From a bacterium (GTDB lineage Bacteria > Bacillota > Clostridia > Lachnospirales > Lachnospiraceae), in NCBI GenBank assembly GCA_963658405.1, contig CAVKQI010000003.1:60-64059 (forward strand): DNA of 64,000 nucleotides, read 5' to 3'. The notes beneath the pieces were generated by a model. That model saw nothing but the letters and a program-made list of their open reading frames with translations. It had not been told where the DNA came from and did no database searches. Numbering within the stretch: the stretch's first letter is position 1; each line of letters opens with the position of its first letter. Below are positions 35,751-46,359 of the stretch, in pieces. Both the position numbers and the translations under genes were made by a program.

Positions 35751-38700
35751 TTAAAGCTTTGCGATATCGATAATATCCAGATCTCTCCTGGACTGCTGTG
35801 CATGCTCTAAGCTGGAAACCAGTGCTCTGGCGGTATCCAGAGAGGTCAGGCAGTTCACGCCGGTCTCGATGGCGGTACGGCGGATCAGGAAGCCGTCTCT
35901 GCTCTTATCTCTTCCCTGGGTAGGCGTATCGATGACCAGATCGATCTTGTGACCGAGGAGCAGATCCATAACCGTAGGAGACTCCTGGTTGATCTTATTG
36001 ACCTGTCTGGCCTTGACGCCGGCCTCCTTCAGGGCATTGGATGTGCTGCGGGTCGCATAGATGATGTAGCCCAGTGCTTCAAAGCGCTTGGCGATCTCAA
36101 TGGCCTCGCCCTTGTCGGCATCCTTTACCGTGATGATCATCTGCTTGTGCTTCGGCAGGTTGTAGCCGGCACCCAGGAATGCCTTGTACAGGGCTTCATT
36201 AAAGGAAGCGGAAATACCCAGGCACTCGCCGGTGGACTTCATCTCCGGTCCTACGCTGATCTCGGCGCCGCGGATCTTCTCGGTGGAGAAGACGGGCATC
36301 TTGATAGCCACCAGGCCTGCCTCCGGCTGAAGGCCGGGCTTATATCCCAGCTCTGTGATCTTCTTGCCCATCATGACCTGTGCTGCCAGATCTACGATCG
36401 GAATGCCGGTCACCTTGCTGATATAGGGAACCGTACGGGAGGAACGAGGGTTGGCCTCGATGATGTAGACTTCCTCGCCCACGGCGATAAACTGCACATT
36501 GATCAGACCGATGACGTGAAGCTCTGCCGCCAGTCTTCTGGTATACTCCGCGATGGTCTCCTTTACATGCTCGCTCAGGCGCTGTGCGGGATAGACGGAA
36601 ATGGAATCGCCGGAGTGCACACCGGAGCGCTCGATATGCTCCATGATGCCGGGGATCAGGATGTTCTCGCCGTCGCAGACAGCGTCCACCTCTGTCTCGG
36701 TACCCTGCAGGTACTTATCTACCAGAATCGGGTGATCCTGTTCATAGCGGTTGATGATGGCCATGAACTCTTCGATCTCTTTATCGGAAAGGGCGATCTG
36801 CATGCCCTGGCCGCCCAGCACATAGGAGGGACGAACCAGTACGGGATAGCCCAGTCTGTTAGCCACAGTCTTGGCCTGCTCTGCCGTATAGACCGTCTCG
36901 CCGGCTGCTCTGGCGATGCCGCAGCGCTGCAGCACCTGGTCAAAGAGCTCTCTGTCCTCTGCCGCATCCACATCGGCCGCATCGGTGCCGAGGATCGGCA
37001 CGCCCATCTTCATCAGATCCTGGGTCAGCTTGATGGCGGTCTGTCCGCCGAACTGTACCACAGCCCCGTCCGGATGCTCGATGTCTACGATGTTGCGGAC
37101 ATCCTCCGGTGTCAGAGGCTCAAAGTAAAGCTTGTCGGCGATATCGAAGTCCGTGCTGACGGTCTCCGGGTTATTGTTGATGATAATGGTCTCGTATCCT
37201 GCCTTGGAAAATGCCCAGGTGGCATGTACGGAGCAATAGTCAAACTCGATACCCTGACCGATACGGATCGGGCCGGAACCCAGTACCAGGATCTTCTTGC
37301 GGTCTGTCACCTTGGAAGCGGCCTCGTCCTCATCCTTGGCATAGACAGAGTAATAATACGGGGTCTGTGCCTCAAACTCGGCAGCGCAGGTATCTACCAT
37401 CTTGTAGACAGCGGTGATGCCGTTGTCCAGGCGAAGCTCTCTGATCTCCTCTTCGTCCTTGCCGGTATATCTGGCGATCACATTATCCGGGAACTCCAGA
37501 CGCTTGGCCTCTGCCAGAAGCTCCGGTGTCAGGGGCTCTTTGCAGAGTCTCTGCTCGATCTTTACCAGGTTGTGAATCTTGTCAATGAACCACTCGTCGA
37601 TCATGGTGATCTCGTGAATGGTGCTGTAGGAAATGCCCTTGCGCAGCGCCTCAGCGATGACCCAGATGCGCTGATCATCCACCACCGTCAGTCTGGAGAA
37701 AAGCTCCTCCTTGGAAAGGTGGGAAAAGTCGTAGCTGGTCAGGCTGTCCACATGCTGCTCCAGAGAGCGGATTGCCTTCATCATGGCACCTTCAAAGTTG
37801 CTGCAGATGCTCATGACCTCGCCGGTAGCCTTCATCTGTGTGGTCAGGGTGCGCTTTGCGGTGATGAACTTATCAAAGGGAAGTCTGGGGAACTTCACCA
37901 CGCAGTAATCGAGAGTAGGCTCGAAGCTGGCGAATGTCTTGCCGGTAATGGCATTTTTGATCTCGTCCAGGGTATAACCCAGTGCGATCTTTGCTGCCAC
38001 CTTGGCGATGGGATAACCGGTAGCCTTGGAAGCCAATGCAGAGGAACGGGATACACGGGGATTTACCTCGATGACGCAATACTCAAAGCTGGTGGGATGC
38101 AAGGCAAACTGCACGTTGCAGCCGCCGGTGATCTCCAGCTCGCTGATGATATTCAGGGCTGCGGTACGCAGCATCTGGTATTCCTTATCGGAAAGGGTCT
38201 GGGAAGGAGCCACGACGATACTGTCGCCGGTATGCACGCCTACGGGATCGATGTTTTCCATGTTGCAGACCGTGATCACGTTGCCTGCACTGTCACGCAT
38301 CACCTCGTACTCGATCTCCTTCCAGCCGGAGATGCAGCGCTCTACCAGTACCTGTCCCACACGGGAAAGACGAAGGCCGTTCTCCAGGATCTTGCGCAGC
38401 TCTCCCACACTGTGGGCGATACCGCCGCCGCTGCCGCCCAGGGTATAGGCAGGACGAAGCACGACGGGATAGCCGATCTTTTCTGCAAAGGCCACGCCGT
38501 CCTCGATATTCTCCACCACCTGAGAAGGTGCGCAGGGCTCACCGATCTTCTCCATGGTCTCCTTGAACATGAGGCGGTCCTCAGCCTTTTTGATGGTCAG
38601 AGCCGTGGTGCCCAGGAGCTTTACATTGTGGGATTTAAGGAAGCCGGACTCCTCTAATTCCATGCCCAGGTTAAGACCTGCCTGGCCGCCCAGGGTGGGC

Positions 38701-38960
38701 AGAATGCTGTCGGGCTTTTCCTTTTCGATGATCTTTTCCAGTACCGGGATCGTCAACGGCTCGATATAGACCTCATCGGCGATATCCCGGTCTGTCATGA
38801 TGGTAGCGGGGTTGGAATTGACCAGCACTACCTCGATGCCCTCTTCCTTCAGGGAACGGCAGGCCTGGGTGCCTGCATAGTCAAACTCGGCAGCCTGTCC
38901 GATGACAATGGGACCGGAGCCGATAACCATTACTTTTTTTACATTGGGATTCTTTGGCAT
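35751..38960 (-). CDS. carB: Carbamoyl-phosphate synthase large subunit
   Basis: The start was moved to MPKNPNVKKVMVIGSGPIVIGQAAEFDYAG. It has two ATP-grasp halves and an MGS-like C-terminal domain. Confidence 0.95.
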   Translation of the reverse strand: MPKNPNVKKVMVIGSGPIVIGQAAEFDYAGTQACRSLKEEGIEVVLVNSNPATIMTDRDIADEVYIEPLTIPVLEKIIEKEKPDSILPTLGGQAGLNLGMELEESGFLKSHNVKLLGTTALTIKKAEDRLMFKETMEKIGEPCAPSQVVENIEDGVAFAEKIGYPVVLRPAYTLGGSGGGIAHSVGELRKILENGLRLSRVGQVLVERCISGWKEIEYEVMRDSAGNVITVCNMENIDPVGVHTGDSIVVAPSQTLSDKEYQMLRTAALNIISELEITGGCNVQFALHPTSFEYCVIEVNPRVSRSSALASKATGYPIAKVAAKIALGYTLDEIKNAITGKTFASFEPTLDYCVVKFPRLPFDKFITAKRTLTTQMKATGEVMSICSNFEGAMMKAIRSLEQHVDSLTSYDFSHLSKEELFSRLTVVDDQRIWVIAEALRKGISYSTIHEITMIDEWFIDKIHNLVKIEQRLCKEPLTPELLAEAKRLEFPDNVIARYTGKDEEEIRELRLDNGITAVYKMVDTCAAEFEAQTPYYYSVYAKDEDEAASKVTDRKKILVLGSGPIRIGQGIEFDYCSVHATWAFSKAGYETIIINNNPETVSTDFDIADKLYFEPLTPEDVRNIVDIEHPDGAVVQFGGQTAIKLTQDLMKMGVPILGTDAADVDAAEDRELFDQVLQRCGIARAAGETVYTAEQAKTVANRLGYPVLVRPSYVLGGQGMQIALSDKEIEEFMAIINRYEQDHPILVDKYLQGTETEVDAVCDGENILIPGIMEHIERSGVHSGDSISVYPAQRLSEHVKETIAEYTRRLAAELHVIGLINVQFIAVGEEVYIIEANPRSSRTVPYISKVTGIPIVDLAAQVMMGKKITELGYKPGLQPEAGLVAIKMPVFSTEKIRGAEISVGPEMKSTGECLGISASFNEALYKAFLGAGYNLPKHKQMIITVKDADKGEAIEIAKRFEALGYIIYATRSTSNALKEAGVKARQVNKINQESPTVMDLLLGHKIDLVIDTPTQGRDKSRDGFLIRRTAIETGVNCLTSLDTARALVSSLEHAQQSRRDLDIIDIAKL

Positions 38961-39050
38961 TGTACTCTCCATTTCTGTGCGGATCACGCCGGCCGGACAT
39001 CCAAAAACGCTTCTGCGGATGCCTGCCGTCTGATGATCTCCCGTCTCTGT

Positions 39051-40256
<1,206 letters not shown>

Positions 40257-40293
40257 GAATTACCTCCAGTTGCTTTGGTTGTCGAAATATAGC

Positions 40294-40662
40294 ATGCACC
40301 GGCTCGATTCCGCTTCGCTTCATCTCGCTGTACGGCTGTCGCCGTATACAGTCCGAATCCTAAATCCGGGCCGTCGTGCAGGCACGCGTCCGAATTTAGG
40401 ATCCGGACTTGTGCATATGCACCGGCTCGATTCCGCTTCGCTTCATCTCGCTGTACGGCTGTCGCCGTATACAGTCCGAATCCTAAATCCGGGCCGTCGT
40501 GCAGGCACGCGTCCGAATTTAGGATCCGGACTTGTGCATATGCACCGGCTCGATTCCGCTTCGCTTCATCTCGCTGTACGGCTGTCGCCGTATACAGTCC
40601 GAATCCTAAATCCGGGCCGTCGTGCAAGCACGCGTCCGGATTTAGGATCCGGACTTGTGCAT
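40294..40662 (-). repeat. 3 x 123-bp tandem structured repeat (family 3) between purL and carA
   Basis: Units start at 40294, 40417 and 40540. Each contains a 19-bp stem (unit 1: 40351-40369 / 40390-40408), a shorter stem CTGTACGGC/GCCGTATACAG, and a GTGCATATGCAC palindrome at the unit junction. Confidence 0.9.
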
Positions 40663-40672
40663 GGCTTGTAGC

Positions 40673-43600
40673 TTAAACAAAGTATCTTACTCCCGACTCA
40701 AACAGCTTCATATCCTGCTCGCCCACGATGTTCATGGCAACGCCTTCGCCGGCGCGCTCGCAGTGTGCCATCTTGCCGAGGATACGGCCGTCGGGAGATG
40801 TGATGCCCTCGATGGCGGCATAGGAGCCATTGACATTCCAGTTCTCGTCCATGGACACATGGCCCTCGGGATCGCAGTACTGGGTGGCCACCTGTCCGTT
40901 GGCAAAGAGCTTATCGATCCATGCCTTAGGTGCTACGAAGCGGCCTTCGCCGTGGGAAGCCGGTGTCACATAGACATCGCCCAGCTTCGTGCCTGCCAGC
41001 CAGGGAGACTTATTGGTCACCACCTTGGTATAGACCATGTGGGAAATGTGGCGGCCGATGGTATTAAAGGTCAGGGTCGGTGACTCCTCATCCTGTCCCG
41101 TGATCTCTCCGTTGGGCACCAGTCCTAACTTGATCAGGGCCTGGAAGCCGTTGCAGATACCCAGTGCCAGTCCGTCTCTCTTCTGCAGCAGATCAAGGAT
41201 GGCCTCCTTGATGCTCTCGTTGCGGAAGGCGGTAGCAAAGAACTTCGCGCTGCCGTCCGGCTCGTCGCCGGCAGAGAAGCCGCCGGGGAACATGATGATC
41301 TGGGACTTTGCGATGCTGTCTGCAAAGACGGCTGCAGATTCCCGGATATCCTGTGCATTCTGATTGCGGAATACCTTGGTGATGGTCTTGGCGCCGGCCC
41401 GCTCAAAAGCAGCGGCTGCGTCATACTCGCAGTTGGTGCCGGGGAATACCGGAATAAAGACCGTAGGCTGTGCGATCTTGTGAGAGCAGATGGTGATCTG
41501 CTTCTCTTCGTGCTGCGCTGCATCATACATAGGATAGTCTACTGCAGTCTGATCCTCATAGTCCTTGGTAGGGAAGATCTTCTCCAGCGGCTTCTCCCAG
41601 TTCTTTAATGCCTCCTGCAGGGAAAGCTGCTGCTCACCCCAGGTAAAGCGCGCGTCATCTCCTGCTGCGGTCACGGTACCGATGATCCGGTAATTGTCGA
41701 TCTCTGCTTCCTCCAGGCGGGCTGCTGCCTCAGGGCGCATTTCCACCAGAAGGTCGCCGATGCCGTTTTCAAAGAATTCCTTTAAGGCGATCTCGCTGTC
41801 AAAGGATACGCCGAAGTGATTGCCGAAAGCCATCTTGGCTGCTGCTGCCGCGGTGCCGTAAGCATCGGTCGCATAGGCTGCAGTGATGTGGCCGTCCCGG
41901 ATCAGCTGGGTCACCTTGCCGTAGAGCTCCAGTACATCCTCATAGACAGGCACATCGAACTCGTCCTTGTCGATCCAGATCTGTACCAGTACGTCGCCTT
42001 CTCTCTTGAGCTCCGGTGTGATCACATCGGAGAGCTCTGCCACGTCCACTGCAAAGGAAACCAGGGTCGGCGGTACATCGATATCATTGAATGTACCGGA
42101 CATGGAATCCTTGCCGCCGATGCTGGCGAGGCCGTAGCCGATCTGGGCATCATAAGCACCCAGCAGTGCCGAGAAAGGCTGACTCCAGCGCTCGGGATCC
42201 TGGGACATTCTGCGGAAATACTCCTGGAAGGTAAAGTGAAGCTTTCTGTAATCACCGCCTGCTGCCACGATCTTGGCGATGGACTCTGTCACGGCATAAA
42301 CGGCACCGTGATAAGGGCTCCAGGAAGAGAGATACGGATCAAATCCATAGCTCATCATGGTCACTGTGTCGGTCTTTGCGTGGAGCACCGGCAGCTTGGC
42401 GATCATGGTCTGGGTAGGGGTCAGCTGATATTTGCCGCCGAAGGGCATATCCACTGTCCCGGCACCGATGGAGGAGTCAAACATCTCCACCAGACCCTTC
42501 TGGGAGCAGGTATTTAAGTCGGAGAGCTGTGCGGTCATGGCGCCCTTAAAGTCATCGTCCTTTAAGTGCTCTGCCACTGCAGGGCTTGCGATCTTTTTGA
42601 AATAATTGTCGTCTACTCTGGGTGCTTCCACCTCTACGCTGGCTTCCTGATGCGCGCCGTTGGTATCCAGGAAGGAACGTGCGATATTGACGATGTCCTT
42701 TCCTCTCCATGTAAGCACCAGGCGGGGCTCCTTGGTCACTACAGCCACCGGGGTAGCTTCCAGATTTTCTTCTGCGGCATAGGCCAGGAACTTGTCCTGA
42801 TCGGCCGGTGCCACTACTACCGCCATACGCTCCTGGGACTCAGAGATAGCCAGCTCTGTGCCGTCCAGGCCTTCGTACTTTTTAGGAACCAGGTCCAGAT
42901 TTACGCGAAGGCCGGCTGCCAGCTCACCAATGGCTACCGATACACCGCCTGCACCGAAGTCGTTGCATTTTTTGATGATGCTGCTGACCTCTTCCCGGCG
43001 GAAAAGTCTCTGGAGCTTTCTCTCTGTAGGCGCATTGCCCTTCTGCACTTCTGCGCCGCAGGTGGAGAGGGATTTCTCGGTATGCACCTTGGAAGAGCCT
43101 GTTGCACCGCCGCAGCCGTCACGACCGGTACGGCCGCCCAGCAGAATGATGATGTCTCCGGGATCGGAATTCTCACGGATGACATTTTCTCTGGCTGCTG
43201 CGCCCATGACAGCACCGATCTCCATGCGCTTTGCCACGTAGTTAGGATGATAGATCTCACGGACATGGCCGGTAGCCAGACCGATCTGGTTGCCGTAGCT
43301 GGAATATCCCTTGGCTGCGCCGGTGACCAGCTTCTTCTGGGGGAGCTTGCCCTTTAAGGTATCAGCCACCGGAACGGTGGGATCTGCAGCGCCGGTGACG
43401 CGCATAGCCTGGTAAACATAGCCGCGGCCGGAAAGCGGATCACGGATAGCGCCGCCCAGGCAGGTAGCGGCACCGCCGAAAGGCTCGATCTCTGTGGGAT
43501 GGTTGTGGGTCTCATTTTTAAAGAAGACCAGCCACTCCTCGGTCATGGGTCCCTTGCCGTAGTCGATCTCCACAGGCACCACCACGGAGCAGGCATTGAT

Positions 43601-44503
43601 CTCGTCAGACTCTTCCATGTCTGTCAGCTTGCCGTCTGCTTTCAGGCGCTTCATGCCCATCAGTGCCAGATCCATCAGGCATACATATTTATCAGAGCGG
43701 CCGGCATAGAGCTCTTCTCTGGTATCTAAGTAGCTCTGATAGGTAGTCTCAATAGGAGTACGGTAATAGCCGTCCTCGAATTCGACATTCTTTAATTCGG
43801 TTGCGAAGGTGGTATGGCGGCAGTGATCGGACCAATAGGTATCGAGTACCCGGATCTCTGTCATCGTGGGATCCCTGTGCTCCTGCTCGCCGAAATACTT
43901 CTGAATGAAAAGAAAATCCTCAAAGGTCATAGCCAGGCCGAGAGAATCATAGAGGGTGCGAAGATCTGCCTGCGCCATGGAAGAAAAGCCGTCCAGTACA
44001 GCCACATCGGCCGGATCGGGATGGGTCAGCTTCAGGGTAGCGGGCTTTTCCATGCCGGTCTGACGGGAATCCACCGGGTTGATGCAATAGCTCTTGATCT
44101 TCTCAAGGTCTGCATCGGAAATATCACCCAGGATCATATAGGTGGTGGCTGTGCGGATCACAGGCTGCTGATTTTCGTCAATGAACTGCAGACACTGCTC
44201 TGCAGAATCCGCGCGCTGGTCGAACTGACCGGGCAGCGCCTCTACGCTGAATACCACTGCATTTGCCGGAATCTCAATCGTCTCTCTGTAAAGAATATCC
44301 ACCGGCGGCTCAGAAAATACAGTCCTGCATGCGGTCTCGAATACTTCATCGGATACATTCTCCACATCATAGCGGATAAAAATGCGGACATCCTCAAGAC
44401 TGCATACACCCAGGAAGCCTTCGATCTCTTCCTTCAGCTGTTTGGCTGCTACTGCGTAGGGTTTCTTCTTCTCGACATAGATGCGTTTGACACCAGTTGC
44501 CAT
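40673..44503 (-). CDS. purL: Phosphoribosylformylglycinamidine synthase, single-chain large form
   Basis: 1276 aa with PurS-like N-terminus, FGAM synthetase core repeats, and a C-terminal GATase (..LGICNGFQALIKLG..). Confidence 0.95.
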   Translation of the reverse strand: MATGVKRIYVEKKKPYAVAAKQLKEEIEGFLGVCSLEDVRIFIRYDVENVSDEVFETACRTVFSEPPVDILYRETIEIPANAVVFSVEALPGQFDQRADSAEQCLQFIDENQQPVIRTATTYMILGDISDADLEKIKSYCINPVDSRQTGMEKPATLKLTHPDPADVAVLDGFSSMAQADLRTLYDSLGLAMTFEDFLFIQKYFGEQEHRDPTMTEIRVLDTYWSDHCRHTTFATELKNVEFEDGYYRTPIETTYQSYLDTREELYAGRSDKYVCLMDLALMGMKRLKADGKLTDMEESDEINACSVVVPVEIDYGKGPMTEEWLVFFKNETHNHPTEIEPFGGAATCLGGAIRDPLSGRGYVYQAMRVTGAADPTVPVADTLKGKLPQKKLVTGAAKGYSSYGNQIGLATGHVREIYHPNYVAKRMEIGAVMGAAARENVIRENSDPGDIIILLGGRTGRDGCGGATGSSKVHTEKSLSTCGAEVQKGNAPTERKLQRLFRREEVSSIIKKCNDFGAGGVSVAIGELAAGLRVNLDLVPKKYEGLDGTELAISESQERMAVVVAPADQDKFLAYAAEENLEATPVAVVTKEPRLVLTWRGKDIVNIARSFLDTNGAHQEASVEVEAPRVDDNYFKKIASPAVAEHLKDDDFKGAMTAQLSDLNTCSQKGLVEMFDSSIGAGTVDMPFGGKYQLTPTQTMIAKLPVLHAKTDTVTMMSYGFDPYLSSWSPYHGAVYAVTESIAKIVAAGGDYRKLHFTFQEYFRRMSQDPERWSQPFSALLGAYDAQIGYGLASIGGKDSMSGTFNDIDVPPTLVSFAVDVAELSDVITPELKREGDVLVQIWIDKDEFDVPVYEDVLELYGKVTQLIRDGHITAAYATDAYGTAAAAAKMAFGNHFGVSFDSEIALKEFFENGIGDLLVEMRPEAAARLEEAEIDNYRIIGTVTAAGDDARFTWGEQQLSLQEALKNWEKPLEKIFPTKDYEDQTAVDYPMYDAAQHEEKQITICSHKIAQPTVFIPVFPGTNCEYDAAAAFERAGAKTITKVFRNQNAQDIRESAAVFADSIAKSQIIMFPGGFSAGDEPDGSAKFFATAFRNESIKEAILDLLQKRDGLALGICNGFQALIKLGLVPNGEITGQDEESPTLTFNTIGRHISHMVYTKVVTNKSPWLAGTKLGDVYVTPASHGEGRFVAPKAWIDKLFANGQVATQYCDPEGHVSMDENWNVNGSYAAIEGITSPDGRILGKMAHCERAGEGVAMNIVGEQDMKLFESGVRYFV

Positions 44504-44568
44504 CGAACTCTTCTCCTCCTGCTCTGCTTTAGCTTTGCTCTTTGTATTCGTTCTCTGTATTACTCCTG

Positions 44569-44608
44569 AAAAAATGCTTTCGGACGGCTCTGCCGTATTC
44601 CAAAAGCA
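44569..44608 (-). terminator. Intrinsic terminator in the purL 5' leader
   Basis: Minus-sense TGCTTTTGG..(inner hairpin ACGGCAGAGCCGT)..CCGAAAGCA followed by TTTTTT. It lies 66 nt upstream of the purL ATG. Confidence 0.7.
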
Positions 44609-44811
44609 CCTTCTTCATCCCTGATCCTCTTACCAGCCACTAACAGAAGGCATCTGCCTCCGCATATTCGGACGCACTTTCCCCCTATTGCAAACTGTTA
44701 GGAGTTATTATATATCACTCCGGCCGCTTTTGTACAGTCAAAGCAAAAACCACACTTGTATAATTTTTTGTGCAGATTGATGAACAATAGGCCCGTGCCT
44801 CTTTTTTTCGC

Positions 44812-44850
44812 ACAAAAAAATCGCATTCATCCGATACCGGATCAATGCGA
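44812..44850 (-). terminator. Intrinsic terminator after tRNA-Trp
   Basis: Minus-sense TCGCATTGATCCG-GTAT-CGGATGAATGCGA (one mismatch) followed by TTTTTTT. Confidence 0.75.
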
Positions 44851-44860
44851 CCTTGCAAAG

Positions 44861-44932
44861 CAGGGGAAGAGAGATTCGAACTCCCATGAACGGTTTTGGA
44901 GACCGTGATATTAGCCATTATATGATTCCCCT
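44861..44932 (-). tRNA. trnW: tRNA-Trp (anticodon CCA)
   Basis: Hand-folded cloverleaf in minus sense: acceptor AGGGGAA/TTCCCCT; D arm ATAT-AATGGCTA-ATAT; anticodon arm ACGGT-CTCCAAA-ACCGT; T arm GGGAG-TTCGAAT-CTCTC; discriminator G. The CCA end is not encoded. Confidence 0.85.
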
Positions 44933-44963
44933 GTGCGGCACTCTCTCGATTGCCGACTTAGGC

Positions 44964-44992
44964 AGTATAGCACATCCCATGTGGATGTGCAA
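44964..44992 (-). promoter_or_regulatory. Candidate promoter for tRNA-Trp
   Basis: Minus-sense TTGCAC (44987-44992), 17 nt, TGcTATACT (44964-44969), preceded by an A-rich UP-like tract. Confidence 0.55.
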
Positions 44993-45151
44993 GCAATTTT
45001 TTTATAGCGGAAAAGATGCCGGAAAAGACCTATAAGCAATTTTTTTATACCGGAAAAGATCCGGAAAAAGGCACTGAAGTGAAAACTTTATTTCCACTTT
45101 GAAAGAGAGAAAGTGGATTTTCGTCCTGCACCTGAAAAAAGCGCTTTCGCA

Positions 45152-45763
45152 TCAGACTGACTTCTGATACTCCATGCCGTAGCCCTCCGCGCAGTGTCTG
45201 CTGCGGCGCTTATACTGGTTCCGTCTCTTTCTGTGCTTTTCCATGCTTAAGGGGCGGAAAATGGTCTTTCTGCCGATGAAGCAGAAGAACTGGGAAACCA
45301 GGATCCCGGGAAATACGCCGATGCTGTCTATGCCCACATCCCGAATCGTGGAGGTCCGTCCCACGGTAAAACTCTGGTGATACTCATCCAGTCCCGCATA
45401 GCCCACGCAGATCGCGCCCGCGCAGAGCAGCAGCCAGATGCCCCGGACGCCGTAGACATAGAGCGGAACCGATACTGTCACGGCCAATGCGAAATATTCC
45501 GTCACATGGGCTGTCTTTCGCACGTAATAATTCATGCGCTCCACATAGTGGGCCTGCTCGGCCTCATCCCAGCCCATCTCCATGTGCTCGTTGATCTCTG
45601 CCACTACCTTCTGTGTCACCTTGGTGCTCAGTGCTGCGCTCTCTGCGCCGTCCTGGGCGGAAAAATTAAAGATCATGCACATCACCAGGATGGCCGGCAC
45701 AAAGGACAGGGGCTTTAAGAGAAAGCGGAGCAGTTTCTTTATAAAAAGCCAGAAATATCTCAA
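45152..45763 (-). CDS. VanZ-family membrane protein
   Basis: 203 aa, polytopic, with ..RKTAHVTEYFALAV.. typical of VanZ-like proteins. It overlaps the upstream gene by 4 nt. Confidence 0.7.
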   Translation of the reverse strand: MRYFWLFIKKLLRFLLKPLSFVPAILVMCMIFNFSAQDGAESAALSTKVTQKVVAEINEHMEMGWDEAEQAHYVERMNYYVRKTAHVTEYFALAVTVSVPLYVYGVRGIWLLLCAGAICVGYAGLDEYHQSFTVGRTSTIRDVGIDSIGVFPGILVSQFFCFIGRKTIFRPLSMEKHRKRRNQYKRRSRHCAEGYGMEYQKSV

Positions 45764-46173
45764 CCTTCATCCTCCATAACAGCGCCGATATCCTGCAAAT
45801 TCACGGTGCGGCGGCGGCGCTTGCTCTCCTCTGCGGCCTGATAGATGAAATCCTTGATCTCTCTGGCATTTCTGATATTGGTCAGGACCAGATTCTTATC
45901 TGTCACATCAGAGGTGAAGCAGTGCACAGTACCAAGGCCGAACATACGCTGGAACAGCGTCATGGTCAGCTCCACGTCGCTGACGCGGTACATGTAGCAG
46001 TCGTTTTCCTTGCTCGTCAAAAGACCTGATACGACCTGTATGTCATTGTCGTAGATTTTGTATACAGTAAAGGTAAAGGGCAGTCCGAAGAATCCCCATC
46101 TCTTGCGTTCTTCGAAGCGGAGTTCTCCTTTGGCATCCTCGGGCTCTCTTCTGTTTTTTCTCTTATCTTCCAT
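45760..46173 (-). CDS. Bacterial PH-domain (bPH_2/YdbS-like) protein
   Basis: The start was moved to MEDKRKNRRE (GGGGA upstream). Pattern: ..YKIYDNDIQVVSGLLTSKENDCYMYRVSDVEL..GTVHCFTSD.. Confidence 0.55.
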   Translation of the reverse strand: MEDKRKNRREPEDAKGELRFEERKRWGFFGLPFTFTVYKIYDNDIQVVSGLLTSKENDCYMYRVSDVELTMTLFQRMFGLGTVHCFTSDVTDKNLVLTNIRNAREIKDFIYQAAEESKRRRRTVNLQDIGAVMEDEG

Positions 46174-46304
46174 GTTAATCCCCATTCTGTTTTGATTTTC
46201 TAACTGATCAGGCGACAGTCTTATAAAATTTATACTCCAAACGAAGCTGTTTGTGAAGGGTTGCGGGGAAAATGTCACAGAATTTCCTTACATTTCGTGA
46301 TGGC

Positions 46305-46346
46305 TCGCAAAAGCATCAGCCGAGGTGAATCTTCACCTCGGCTGAT
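46305..46346 (-). terminator. Stem-loop after the LCP gene
   Basis: 14-bp perfect stem ATCAGCCGAGGTGA/TCACCTCGGCTGAT (46315-46346). The downstream T tract (GCTTTTG) is weak. Confidence 0.5.
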
Positions 46347-46359
46347 AAATACAAATTCT

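Noticed and set aside
35949-38657. Very long plus-strand ORFs antisense to real genes: 902 aa opposite carB; also 56083..58674 opposite infB, 62510..63889 opposite the MFS gene, 5248..6555 opposite the ABC exporter, and 41816..44569 fragments opposite purL.
   Set aside because: They mirror well-supported genes on the other strand. They have a skewed G/H/D/L/A-rich composition, no recognisable motifs and no Shine-Dalgarno. This is typical of open antisense frames in GC-rich coding DNA.
40257-40672. PyrR binding loop, ARG box or pyrimidine attenuator upstream of carA.
   Set aside because: No ARUCCAGAGAGG-like PyrR motif or ARG-box-like palindrome was recognised. The spacer is entirely the 123-bp repeat.
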